Position numbers and translations under genes: made by a program
Assembly: GCA_002633005.1 (NCBI GenBank)
Contig: NMRA01000115.1
Coordinates: forward strand, 308,104-372,103
Direction: 5' to 3'
DNA: 64,000 nucleotides
From: Phoronis australis
Lineage: Eukaryota; Animalia; Phoronida
The notes under the pieces: generated by a model
What the model was told of the DNA's origin: nothing
The model's database searches: none
The model's input: the letters and a program-made list of their open reading frames with translations, nothing else
Part shown: positions 1 to 13,243 of the stretch, piece after piece
How the letters are laid out: each line of letters starts with the position of its first letter
Numbering within the stretch: the first letter of the stretch is position 1

Positions 1-685
1 TGTGCGGTACTGGGCTTTGTATCCAGCTATGTCCAAGATAGTTTAGCCCAATATCCCCCCACCAAAGTGTGACCTATTTGTGTAGTACCAGAACTTTGTA
101 CCCAGCTTTGCCCATGGTAGCTTAGCCCCCTAACCTATCAGTGTCACCCCAAAAATGCCAAACTGCCCCTGCTTCTTCCATCCCTGTGATGGACTGGTCT
201 GCCCGAGTATAGTGAACGTATTAAAACCACAACTCTGAGACTAAAGTATACTCCTATCATGATTGTCTGCTTTGTAAGTGTATTACATTGTGGCTAATAC
301 ATCTCAATAAATGTGTGATCTATACACAAGATACACAGAGTTTTCAATATTCTCTGCATCTGTATCAGGTTCGCAAAAGAAGCGGGGTCACCTTGGCCCC
401 CTTTATTGCGACAGAATTGTCAGAAGAGTTAAGTAGTCAAATTGGAGGTGATTTCAGGACTTCAAAAAACATCCGACAGTTCCTTATTGCCTAAGACCAA
501 TCTCTACAAGTTGGCTCGTCAAGGCGTCATTTTATTTGCCAATCACGGTCTCGAGGAATAGCGAATTGTGAGCCGATTGCAAGTCCAGAATTCACATCTC
601 ACCCGAGTAAGGAACAAACTTGGCAGCAATTGGTCTAAATCAGAAGTCTATTTTTTGGCAGAATGCAGGTATATGGACGCGTTCA

Positions 686-844
<159 letters not shown>

Positions 845-1323
845 CTACACAGCAACAACAACCTGTCACCACCAACTCCGTTGATGTTTAACACATCTGT
901 CTTGTAATATTATGGTTAAATGATACAAAGAACAAAGATGAATACCCTGGGAAGTTCAGTTTTAAAGTTTTGAAACTCAAACAAAATATAAATCAAAAAT
1001 AGCTACACTTTTGTTTTGACACCAGGAGAGATTATACATTTCAGCAACATTAACCTGTTGCATGTAAAACTTTCGACCTCGACCTTGGCTTAATTTTGAA
1101 CCTAACTGTTTTCACTCGTATGACCTAGAAATCTGACTCAGACAATATTTCAAGTGTAAATAAAACACCTGACCTGCACATACTTGTAAATGTAATATAC
1201 TTCAAAACATTAAGTCGGAAACTACTTGTTTTGTGTTCCGATCTTATCGCACATCAGTTGAAATGAATTCACATTTGTTTCGGCATCCAAAATGAATAAT
1301 GACGTGTAATGTCTAAACCCCTA

Positions 1324-1572
<249 letters not shown>

Positions 1573-2247
1573 TCAAACTAAGCTGGATATTGTCAAAATT
1601 TCATAAAGTCTCAACACATGAAAAAGCAGCTAAATGTCCATTCTTTAAAAAAGAATCAATTAAAATTCTGACAAAATTTCATTGTTGCGTCTGGTCGTTT
1701 ACTATTTTGACTAAACAATCAGTAGGTATGCATACCAACAAACTAATATGTGACTTAAGTTCAATGTTTTTTTATTGAGACAAAATTTTGTTGATATATA
1801 ACATTGATATAACGTGAGTCAGAGTTGGGCAAAGTTTGATAAGTCTTGTCTAAGTCTGCCAAGTTTATCTTGAAAACTATTTGTACACCAAAAGATGACT
1901 GAGCTTTCTGGAAACTTCACAGCTGCAGCAGATTGGTGTTGTTACACTGTAAGTAAGTGAGATCCATTTTACTTCAACACAAAATGCAAAACAATAAAAA
2001 AGAAATCATTCTGTGGAATTTGTAACTAATATGATTTTCACTATGGACATTTGTTTTGGGCAAGGTTCAAACATTGCACTTTCCTTTCATATTATAGACT
2101 AAATTGTATGCTCCTAATATTGTAAAAAAATATAAAAGCTATCATAACTGAAACGTTTCTCCACAACCATGACTGAAATTTTGTAATTTCCAAATTTGGT
2201 TGATTTGTTCTTAACAGTCACTGTAGCAAACTATCTTGGTAACTGGC

Positions 2248-2358
2248 GGGTAACAGTCACTAACACGGATTCCAGATTTTGAGAACCAGTCTGATTTCTC
2301 CACTGAATAGTAGGCATCAAATTGGTACTCTCAACTCGGGACCCTTGTAAGTGACTAC
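2248..2358. repeat. ~110-bp hairpin element, copy 1, starting ~25 nt into intron 4
   Basis: Arms AGTCACTAACACGGATTCCAGATTTTGAGAACCAGT / AATTGGTACTCTCAACTCGGGACCCTTGTAAGTGACT; related to 3205-3310. Confidence 0.75.
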
Positions 2359-2383
2359 TGGCAGCTAAGTGAGCACGACTTAC

Positions 2384-2527
2384 CAGGTAACTGATTGATC
2401 TGAGACTTTGACTGCAATATTTCATCGGCCAGCTCCTGTGCCGTTGGCAGAACGTCTGTGTGGTGTTCAGAGATCAGGTATTGAGCAAATTTCTGTAGCT
2501 GTTCCCGGCTCATCTGCAGAAGGGTTT
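2384..2527 (-). CDS. ZSWIM5/6-like: ZSWIM4/5/6-family gene, exon 4 (144 nt, phase 1-1)
   Basis: GCTGTAG|AA...CCTG|GTAAGT; encodes (E)TLLQMSREQLQKFAQYLISEHHTDVLPTAQELADEILQSKSQINQLP. Confidence 0.96.
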
Positions 2528-3204
2528 CTACAGCACACAACAAAAAAGGTGCATACTCAACAGGCCTAAGATGGGAACAACTAGTGGGGAGGCTACAGAC
2601 ACATTCAACTCTGTCAAAGTCTCGCTCAATCTACACTAAAACTCCTGCTAGTATCTTACAGCTCATGCCATGCTCTAAGACATTCTTTGTACTGGCTTCA
2701 CCATTAACGTGAGAAAATATCACGACTTGAACATTTTTCTGAGAGCTAGTGTTGCCTTCATAGTTTATAGTTAGTTCTCTTCTGCTCTGATTTTCAGTGC
2801 ACCCTTCTGCTGCCTGCCTGATATGCAGCTAACAGGATGCAGGGATGGAAGGAGCAATGACAACAAAGAACAATTTTCCAGGTGATGTAAAATTCCACAA
2901 ATAAATATACTCCTGCGATGGAAAAGTTTTTTGCTATGTAAAATTTAAGTGAATTTTGTTTTGCATGAATACAGTCAAAATAATGACAAAAAAGAGATCA
3001 AAAAGAGGAAACTGGAAATCAAAGAAGAGGAAATCGAAACCAAAAAAGAGGAAATCCTCTTAAAAAAGGAAAATTACAAGCCCTCTTAATTCCACTTTTC
3101 AACTTGTTTTTGACAATACCAGTATTATATCCTGTATTCAAGAGAAACTGAAGTAACCAAAGGTAGACCGACTTCAGCTGCCACTGCCATGAGATACCAT
3201 AAGA

Positions 3205-3310
3205 GGTAACAGTTACTTACAAGGTCCAGCATTTTGAGAACCAGTTTTCTCCACTGAATGACAGGCATCAAACTGGTTCTCAAAATACAAGATCCATGTA
3301 TATGACTATT
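3205..3310. repeat. ~105-bp hairpin element, copy 2 (intron 3)
   Basis: Stem ATTTTGAGAACCAGTTT / AAACTGGTTCTCAAAAT; shares the loop TTTCTCCACTGAAT...AGGCATCAAA with copy 1. Confidence 0.75.
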
Positions 3311-3902
3311 CCCTCAAAAGATGTGATGGCGTTTGAATATCTGTTTAAACGAGATGTTTAAATACATTAAGTCACTTGTGATGACATCAAGATCAGCCAG
3401 GATATCTACTATGAAGTTGGTGAAGCTTTACTGACTAAGTCAATGAAGTATAAGATTTAACATTGTAATCAATCTGATTTCCATTGAAGGCTTAATATGC
3501 AGGCCTCAGCCATTTCAACTGAATCGAGATGGACATCATCACTATCTGAACATTGAACAGCAGCCAAGTTGAAATTAATTCACATTTCATTCTTTGGTTT
3601 GAAATATAAATTTCAACTAGAAGATGTTGGGTTAGTTTTTTTACTGAAAACCACTTTTCAGTTTTGGACACAATATGACAGAAAAAGGAATTTTATTCCG
3701 CCAAACTTTCTGAACAATACTGTATGATATACTTTTGAACATTTGTAGCGATGTTGCGAGCCCTGAAAAAAAAACAGCACTACATTATTGGCTTTGTCTC
3801 AAATTGAAGATCTTTCCACTCAACTACGGATACGTGAAGCAATGCAGACTCCTTTACTTGATGGCCCATGTTACGTGAACGTTTCATTGTGGGTAACTCT
3901 CA

Positions 3903-4094
<192 letters not shown>

Positions 4095-4473
4095 TTACAT
4101 AAACTTAATAAAATGAACAAGTTCGCAGAACGTGTTCTTTGGGGCAGGTCACATCCACAAAGTGCAAAGTTTGTACGTCAAGTGTTTCGCTTATCACTTT
4201 AAGGGCCTTTTGATATCAACTTAAATTTGGTAATAGTGGAGCGTTACTGTCAAGTACAAAGTTAGTTGAAGCTACAGACCTGCTTCAGACACTGAAATAA
4301 ATGAAGTTTGATATCTATATCACAGAAGTTATAGCAGGATGGTACTGCTAAACATTTGAAGTATGGTATCTATGGTCGTATACAAAATAAATGAAATTAA
4401 GTACTTATCCTTGTACAAAAGTGAATATTTTGAAAATTGAATATTGACAGCACCATCTGCTGATAACTCCTAT

Positions 4474-4979
4474 AGGGCCTTTCATACTAACGTCGACGCG
4501 TCGATGGTTTGGGGAGTTGCGGTCAGTATGAACGCTTAACTCCGGTCCTGGATCGCAGTTAAGAGCTCCAGTTAACATCGCAGTTAATAGGTGGATTTAA
4601 GACCGCAGCGTCGACGCTGCGGTGCAGTATGAACGCTTAACTCCGGTCCAATCGAAGTTATCGCCAGGTGCCACTGTTATCGTCAACAGTTACAGAGTAG
4701 TGCCGTCACTAATAACTACTTATTGTTTGCTTTAATGATAACCAATCGATTTAAAAATGAGTTTACTGTCATTTAGCACATTTAAATGTTCCAAATTGTC
4801 ACATTGAAAAAAATCTTAGCGTGCAGCGCTACCTTGCGATAACTTCGATGACGTCAGCGTCACCAACCCTTTTCTTCGATGGTCATTAACTACCGAAGCC
4901 AGTATGAACGGTCCAGTTGACTGCGCTGTTTACGTCGACGCTCCGCTCAGACCGGAGTTAAGTCAATATGAAAGGGCCT
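4474..4979 (+). mobile_element. PIF/Harbinger-like MITE family H1, copy A (506 bp)
   Basis: TIRs AGGGCCTTTCATA / TATGAAAGGGCCT, 3-bp TSD TAT; near-identical to the copies at 37730 and 40184. Confidence 0.9.
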
Positions 4980-7452
4980 TATGACAATTTCAGTGCTCCA
5001 CTGTTAAATCGACCTATTTACAACAAAGCTAACTCAACTCTTAACTATCACCAATATCAACAAACACTCCCCTAAATATGGCATGGATGGTGGTATCAGG
5101 TGCTATTAATCACTCACTTCTTCAGATGACCTTGCCACACATTATCAATGATTCCCAAGAGTATTTGGCCAAATGGTGCGATCAAAATATCCAAAACAGT
5201 ATTTTCTGATTCTGTCAACCTACTTCATTGAAAATGTAGTGGCTGGGAACAGAAACAACTGTAACCAGGCTGAAGGACATTCTGTGCTGGTGTGATAGTT
5301 GCAGTAAATGATGCAGAACTGATGCAAATTTTATTCATGGCGCTGTAAACTTGTCTTTGTATTATACTGTTTATGGGATACTTAAGAGCGATAATAAGTT
5401 GTACTATGTAGGCAAGGGTCCAGAGGGGGTCCAGGAGATTTGGACCCCCTTTCGGTCACAATTATATTGCTAGAATAGAGGAATCTCAAGTGTCTCTTAC
5501 ATTTGTCCATTGTTGCTCCCTCGATTAAATCCTGGATCGCTGCCTGATAAATGGAGAATACGGTAATAACAATAAAACTAACAGTGCCATTTTTAAAATG
5601 CAAAAGTAAACAGCTCAGTAAGTTTCCAAATAAGGAAACAAATACTGTCAGAAATCCAGCTGTATTTTAGTTTACACAAAGCCAAATACAGGCGGCCAGA
5701 ATTAGGTTAATTATGATACTGGTTCAGCACAGTGGGGAAATGGTGTGAATTTTCATTTCAACTCTGTTTTTTTTAATTGGGGATCACTATTCATTATGTG
5801 TCATTTTGTTTACAATCCCTCAGGGGTAATTGTCCAGAACTCTTAATGACACTCATTATTTTGCTCATGTGCCCTAACAGATGAGTACATTATATTGACA
5901 AAACTATTGTAAACAGTATTTATTCTTGGTACAAGTAACCAACAATTTGGGTCAATTTCTTCATGCAGTTGATCATAAGCCAAATGAATTATACGCATTT
6001 CATAACTAATCTCAAAAATTTTAATTATAAATATGAGATCCCAAACCAGCAATGAAATATTTAATGGCAACATTCAGAATGACCTCTGACCAGCAGAGTA
6101 CAGAGGTCACTCCAGCACAGGGGACAAAAGAATCATGTCTTTCAATCATGACATTGCCTTTTCTCCCAGAATCAGGTGTGGAGATAAAATTAATTCAGGT
6201 GCCCAACGATTCCTGCTGTGACACTTAAGTAATCAGTGGTCACCACTCCTGTTCCATGAATTAGCTTACTCAGATATCAAATGACAAAAACTCATGTCAC
6301 AATATTGAATGTCTAACACTTAAGGTGCAATCTAAAGCCAGAACTTCTGGCAGTAACAAAATTACTGCCTATGATAAAATTTGGTCAGTGGAATATCACA
6401 TCAGCACGTACGGTCATTTCTCTAACAATTCATACACTTGAACAGTTTGTACACTTTCATTGAAATGCAGCGTTTCTCTAAAAGTTCGCACAGCACGTAT
6501 CTGAGAGAAAAGTAGTTTGTACACATATTTGCACCAGAAAAAAATAATTTGTATACCCATAAATACACTGAGCAATAAGCGCCAACTATCCAGGCAATTG
6601 GAATCCCTGGCTTGCTTATACTACGCTAGTAGAGCTCGAAAAATTCTTTTTCAGATAGCCATTTTTGTCGACAGCAAAAGCGGAAACGGTGATAAGATTT
6701 TCCAGTACATTGCCAAATGGCGGTAAAAAGCCTCATAACAGCGTAAACACTTCATCTCCCTAGGTTTGTGGTTTTAACCTGCAGTGTGACCAATCCATCA
6801 CCTCCATACTCCACATGTGATTACAGTGATTAATTAATATCAAACTTAGTAGACCTGCTTCCTATCTACAGCCTAATTGAGAAAATCATGAAATTATCTG
6901 ATTAACTATAACAAACAGGAGAGTGTCTCCTAATACAAGACACTAAAGAAACACCTGCATTGAGACATCTTGGCTTATGGAACAGGAGCCAATGAAGGTT
7001 TTCCATTCATCGTTCCAGCTTCGCCATCAATAGCTTCAGGGTCAGCCATTTTGCTACGTGGCCTACTCCAGTCGCAAGTATACTCACGGAACACAAGCAT
7101 TTCATTGGGGGGTGATTTTGCCAAAGTCACAATAATCATACTGTGAAATGCACTCAAAGGACCGCTGTTTAATCTGTGTACTTAAAATTCGACTTCCAAC
7201 TTAAAAATTGACTGGCAATTGCACCTGATTTTTGGCTTAAAAAGAAATTTATAGGCCTGTGAAAGGAATGAAGCAAGCCAGTTTTGGAAAAGTTGGCTGA
7301 CCCTGTAAAAACTGGCGGTTTTGTTCCTGACAGGTTTATTTGGGATGGAGGTCATGTTCCCACACTGGTATGGGCAAGTTTGAGACATGATTTATGCAGA
7401 TAGAGTAAGAGTTTCTGGTTGCCAGCACAGAGGTGTCCCTTAAGTGTTCCTG

Positions 7453-7768
7453 CAGTGTTCTCCATACATGAAATCACCCACGCTTCCGTACTATGTTCTA
7501 AATGTTTTGCACCATTATTGGAAATCTTGAGCTATGTTTGAAAAGCACCGAGCCATGTTTAAAAAGCCAATATTTATGCTTCGCAAGACAAGTGATTGAA
7601 GTAATGTTGCACGATAGTGGTACTTATTTCTAATATTTTTCAGTGAAAATAATTGCGACGTGCTCAGCAATTTATTTTTGTAAATTAACAGAAAGGAAAC
7701 TAGGACACAACAAACACGACATCAAATTTGCACCATGTTTAAAATTTTCAGAACCAGGGAGAACCCTG
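7453..7768. mobile_element. CAG-TIR MITE with repeated CCATGTTT motifs; diverged relative at ~22065-22455
   Basis: TIR CAGTGTTCTCC / GGAGAACCCTG; block GAAATCTTGAGC-ATGTTTGA...CCGAGCCATGTTT shared with ~22137-22177; no clear TSD. Confidence 0.6.
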
Positions 7769-10700
7769 CCTTTCTTTTTGCATTTACTGTTTGCATGTCA
7801 ACAAAATTTCATTGTTTGAAGTGGCTTGCAAAAGCAGATGCCCAAAAATTTTACCACTGGACGAAAACCTGTAATCATCCGCGTGCTAGTTCCATTTAAC
7901 TCAATAAATTGACATTACCAAAGCCAGGACAATCACGGCACAGAGAGTTTGAAATTCTATTGCCATGGCAAGGAAGATGGTACTTCGGAACAGGAATTGA
8001 TTGCTAAGAAGGAAGAGGAACATTGAATCTTGAATGTTTAGGTAAATGTGAAGCAGCTGTGTTCTGTGAAGTTACTTTCAGTCAGTTCAGTCAATAAAAC
8101 ATGCCCAGTGACTAAGGACAAACTGGACTTGTATTTTCATCATTTCAGTGTTCACAGTTTTGAAACCTCTCTAAAGTAGGTATTACAATACAGTTAAACC
8201 CATGGGTCTACTGTAAACTTTGTGAGTTGAAACAAGGAGTGCAACTATAACACAAGTGAAAAACCCTTAAATCAAATAGGTTTAAAAGATACGTGATAAC
8301 CGAGCTGACTGATAGATGTCATACAATGTTGAATGGCTGTTGTGTTGTCCATTAACTCCCTAGAGATGGTTGAGAATGCATTTTCAACCGCCCATTCATC
8401 TGACATTAACCTGCGCTCATCAACAATGCTGGCAGTTTTTGCATTGATTTTGCGATTAAAAAAACGACATCGAAGTGAAACGATATTGACATTGTCGCGG
8501 TCGTGCTAAAAGGATTCAATGATGAATTATACATTAATTACGGCCAGCAATTAATTTGTTTTGTTCGCACATCTAGGAAACAATGGAAATTCTGAAATGT
8601 AAGTGATGAGGCGGCTTCAAGGAGATGCTAGAGTAACAACGGTGAGGAATGGGGATGCAAATGACAGGAGACAATTACCGAGTGTTTGTTTGATTTTTTA
8701 AAATCAATATTTGACATTGTTTGCCGCTGTTGCAAGTAGGGCGCACTGCGATGGTAATCGCCTTTGTTCTCCTACGACTGAAAAAACAATGTGGAGTCAC
8801 TTATCGGTTGACGAGAAAACAATGATGGGGGATTTAATCTTTTGGCTTCATGACCAACATACAGATAATGGCGGATGTTGATATCAAGAATAACACGCGC
8901 TTATGATGACACATCAAATAAGAATGTCATTGAAAATGAAGGATTTTAGTTTATCACAAAAGAGAACAGCAAAGACGTCAGAATAAAAGAACAGCAGTTG
9001 GGAGGTCTTCTAAATTTAGCAGATAAGTGACATATCATTTTGCCAAAAATTCTTAACAAGAATCAACGCTTTAATATTAGACAGATTGATTATGTAATTA
9101 TTGTAAAACAATATTTGGAATAGCTGCCATTATTTGCAGCAAGGCTATCACCTTTCAAAATTAAAGAAAACAGAAGTTTTTGACAATTTATGTGTGAAAT
9201 AAGCAAAGAATTGTTAAAATGGAACAGCAATATGAGCGGAACAAACTACGACTTGAAGACAAGGAGAAATAAAAATTCTATTACAAATGACAAAACTAAA
9301 TCAATCAATATTAGTTAGATTCAACCTATGTTTTCTCTGTAATCTCATACATCGTAAAATTAAAACTCTTTTGCAACACCGCCAACAACAAAAATATGTA
9401 CATTTTCAAATAAAGAGTAAATAAGGGAGATGTTTATTCCTAACAATGTACTGAATGTACAAATTCACTTAAAATTAGATTAGATTGCAAATGGCCCTTA
9501 CAACCAATATAAAACCCTCTCAGCACCAGCATGGACTACACCACCATGACCACCATCATCATCATCTGGTTTTTCATTGTGTGCCATGACAATAGTAAAT
9601 TTATGTTCCAGCTGATGGCTTTTGTGGACATGACATGGGGAGAAAGGTTGGTCATTCACTGGATCAGGGAGACTAGTAAAGAGATGCAGTATTAAAAAGG
9701 CAGACAATAAAGCCACCATCATTACCATCACAATCCAGTGTCATGTCTTTAAAAACTGTTTGGTAAGTGCAATTGAGATAACAGGCAGATGAAAGAATAA
9801 TCAAGCAGGGCTGAGGGTTAATCTTGTTCACATGAATGGACTTCACCCTGAAGTGCACTGCCATGCCTTCATAAATAATTTCACCATAGAATAAATTAAA
9901 TATAATTTCCTCAGACTTGGCTGCCAAACTACAATGCCTATAAATAACTTATCTGTCAGTGCCAATCCAACACATCAAAACATCTTCAGGATGTGACACC
10001 ACTATACAAAGTAGAACATATGGCCCATACCAAAAATAATCAGACACAATGGTCTTGATGGATGAGTGTATGTACTAACCCTTGCCACTATGGCCCAGTA
10101 GCCAGAATGACGTAACATGACAAGGAAACAATACTTTGTCTGATTACTTTTGCCATGTACTGTAGGGCCAAGACAACTTACATATTATTTGTCATAGCTA
10201 AACACAGTTGCTTGAATAACTAAACGATTGCCCACACCAGTTACTCAACAATAGTGATTTTACTGATGCGGCAATAATCACTTCCTGGTTTCTCTGTTGT
10301 CTCCTTCACTATACCATGAATTTATAACTCTGAGAAAATTTATACATCTGAGAAAATTTTTGTCACAACTCACAAGGTGACCAAACTGTCCCCCCCACAC
10401 CTCAGGATGTACCGATTTTAAGGTTATAATATTAGGTGACAATGAACTTTTTTGTTATGATAAGCCAAATGAATATCTTTGCAATTAATTCCAATTCATT
10501 TGACAAGAGAACGCTGCAGCATTGGTCATGTACCCACCATGTACATCACATGCAGCTGAGGTAAATGAAATGATCATTATTTTAAGCCTTACCACCGAAT
10601 GGAGGGGTGTTACCCTGTTGGTAACTTAATTAACAATAGTCTGTAGTTGATACAAAGCAAGTCAGCAATGCACTTCATACCCGCCACCTTTCATCATGAC

Positions 10701-11129
10701 CCTTCAAAAGGTTTGGAGGATAGGCAGGCAGTCAACACAGGACACAAAAACAATGGAATTAGACCACTAAGGGGGGGGGGGGNTGGGGGGGGGGGGGGGG
10801 CAAATCCATCTGAAACAGGGTCGCTGCTGTTGTCCATGTGATAGTGGCTTATTTGCCAAATTTCATGAACGTTTATCAAGAAACTGTTGATTTAAATCAA
10901 AGCAAATGGATCGCTCTTTCAATTGCCAATATTATCAAAAGACAAAACTTTGCCTTAAAAAGAACTTTCACACAGTGCACAATGTTTGGAGATGACCGCT
11001 TACACCCAGTAAAATGTGAACAAAGTGTGTGCCACATTTCAACAGTCGAGCACAGAAAATGTCTAGCTATGGCCTTGAAAACAGACTGATGCCTGAGATA
11101 TTGCACTAACAACATTTTCCAAAGTGCAA

Positions 11130-11360
11130 CTTGATTTTCTAGCTGTGTCCTTAAAAAGATATCAATGTCACCAAAATTAGCAGGCACCTAAAGTTGTCCC
11201 ACCTACACGTCACTACGAAATGTGAAAACAATCTGTAGCTTCCTTCTTGAGATATCACAACAACAACATTGGGTGATGTTGAGACGGATTTACGGATGGA
11301 CAGCCGGGAATATTATTAAGTCCCCTGCTTCTCGCTAACATGCAGCAGGGGACAATTAAG
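11130..11360 (+). mobile_element. Helentron/HINE (DINE-1-like) non-autonomous element 3' end
   Basis: GACGG/GGACAG microsatellite-like stretch followed by the hairpin GTCCCCTGCT...AGCAGGGGAC and AATTAA; similar core units at ~24510-24770, ~46790-46930 and ~47150-47317/48674-48790. The family call is an inference. Confidence 0.5.
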
Positions 11361-11711
11361 AGCAGGTAGTACGGTGCAAGCCAAAAAATTAGCCCAACGG
11401 ATTTTGAGAATCAGTCTGGGTTCACATGAGAACTAACACTACTTTTAAAAGGCCCCAGAAGTGCAAAAATCTATTGTCCTTAGCATGGTTTTTTTGGCAT
11501 CTGAGATGAGCGAGTAAAATGAGACACTCACCCATGATGGCCGCTTCTAAAACCTGCTAATGTGTACATTTCAGCGGGGTACTACAATAATTCCCATTAC
11601 AATGGTTGATACAAGGAGGAAATCTCGATGACACCTGCGTGAGTAAAAGGCAATAATGTAATTTCTATATTCTGGCATTGATTTTCGTACTGCTTTGTGC
11701 AGAGTGCTCAC

Positions 11712-11802
11712 CTATCGAAGCTGATCGAAACCCTGAAGGTTAGCTGAGGTTCCGAGAGAAGTGTGTTACCTGGCTCAGTCACTGTACCACTCAAGTGGAA
11801 CC
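11712..11802 (-). CDS. ZSWIM5/6-like: ZSWIM4/5/6-family gene, exon 2 (91 nt; absent from ORF track)
   Basis: TTTGCAG|GG...GATAG|GTGAGC; encodes (G)FHLSGTVTEPGNTLLSEPQLTFRVSISFD(R); phase 1 to phase 2, in frame with exons 1 and 3. Confidence 0.95.
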
Positions 11803-13243
11803 CTGCAAATACACAACACATGGTACGGTTAACTTTCAAAAGATAATGCTACGGCTGCAACGCCTGGTCTCACAAGGTCAGGGGGGCTCAGAGCTCTTGT
11901 GATGCCAGGCAGTATATCGTCAGCATTTAATACCTTCCCCGCATGCCTTTGTGGGACTTATCAGACCTTGGCTGAAAATCGTGTGGACTGATGCTTTTTT
12001 CTTCAAACAGTGAGCCATAACATGAGCCGTGGTGAAGATCAGAACCAATTATGCTTTTTTTAGCCAAGAAGAAACCTTTCTCCATTGTTAAAAAGGCATG
12101 CGCTGTGAAGTTGTCACTATTTCAGTGATAAAATTCATCTAGTAAAACCTCACCAGCTGGATGCAATACAACACACATACATATTAACGCAATACTTTAA
12201 GATGATCTCAGTAGTACCAAATAAAAACATTATCATTGTTCAAGCTCCATACTTTGACCACGGCAACTTAATTTGAAAAATAATTGTCAAAATTATAGTA
12301 TTTAATTTTGAAAGGCACGTTACTTTGCATCAAATAATAGAAACCTTGCTAAATGTTGTTTTATGACATCTACACAGTACAAAACATGCTCGAAATAGAT
12401 AACTTTTCTTAATTTTTTGTGGACAAATTTGACAAGATAGAAATTCACTTGCCAGCTGTATTGCTGGCTAAATATGTGAAGAATTATGGTACCAACTGAC
12501 AATGTTTGGAGAAATTTTGGTCCTTCACAACAATGTTCATAACAGACAGATGGACAGATTGTTATCACTTGCTGCAGAATCTATAAAAGCTGGCTTGTCA
12601 CTGCTTAAAGCCTGGAACACAGTTTCAACAAATAACAAACTGCCAAGCTGTGCATCCCAGAAATGGCCTCTGATCCATGTGGTCAAAAATTGTATAGATA
12701 GTTACTGACAGCAGCCGAATGAGATGCGACCAAAGCAGAGCAGCTAAATAGAAAGCGGACATGATAACTCCGCTGATTATGGCTGGCCGAGAAAGCATGA
12801 TGCATGGGGGGTCTTAAATGCTCCTCTGGGGTCTAATTAACTATCACTAGACAGTGACTTTTGCTGGCACTTCCTTGCAACACACTGTCCAATGATTGGC
12901 AGTTTCATGCCACTGTTCCGGGCTTGCTTAGCAGTATTGAATGAGTGAAAGTTTTGAGGAAAAAAGAGTCACCATTGATGTCACGAAGTGTCAATTGCTA
13001 GTGATACTGTATTGGAACGAAAAATTTTTCATTAGTTTCCGTTCAAAACATATTTTCGGATTTCTCAAGATGCTCCTTGATTATAAGTACTCACAGGCAC
13101 AAGAATGCCATTTCCTGTTTCGCAGAACAGACCACCTAATGGCACATGGCGCACCACGCATGCAGTTGAAAAGACGTTGCACCCTCGTGTTGTGTTGTGT
13201 TATATACCGTAGATGCCCATTTACCCACAAAAATACTTTACTA

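Noticed and set aside
7-130. Two degenerate ~45-bp direct repeats about 78 bp apart
   Set aside because: Old local duplication truncated by the window edge; nothing further can be supported.
6975-7047. Short ORF MADPEAIDGEAGTMNGKPSLAPVP with good Kozak context, as an alternative exon or micropeptide
   Set aside because: Ends in a stop with no donor; AAAATGGC is a common repeat/YY1-like motif in this window; no recognisable homology.
10771-10800. Poly-G tract as a G-quadruplex or Pro/Gly-rich coding segment (also 38968-38981)
   Set aside because: Homopolymer containing an N, so the length is unreliable; the ORFs over it are noise.
11764-11775. Cryptic donor CCAG|GTAACA inside exon 2
   Set aside because: Use would shift the frame and remove the conserved V-ISFDR segment; the downstream GTGAGC donor fits the family.
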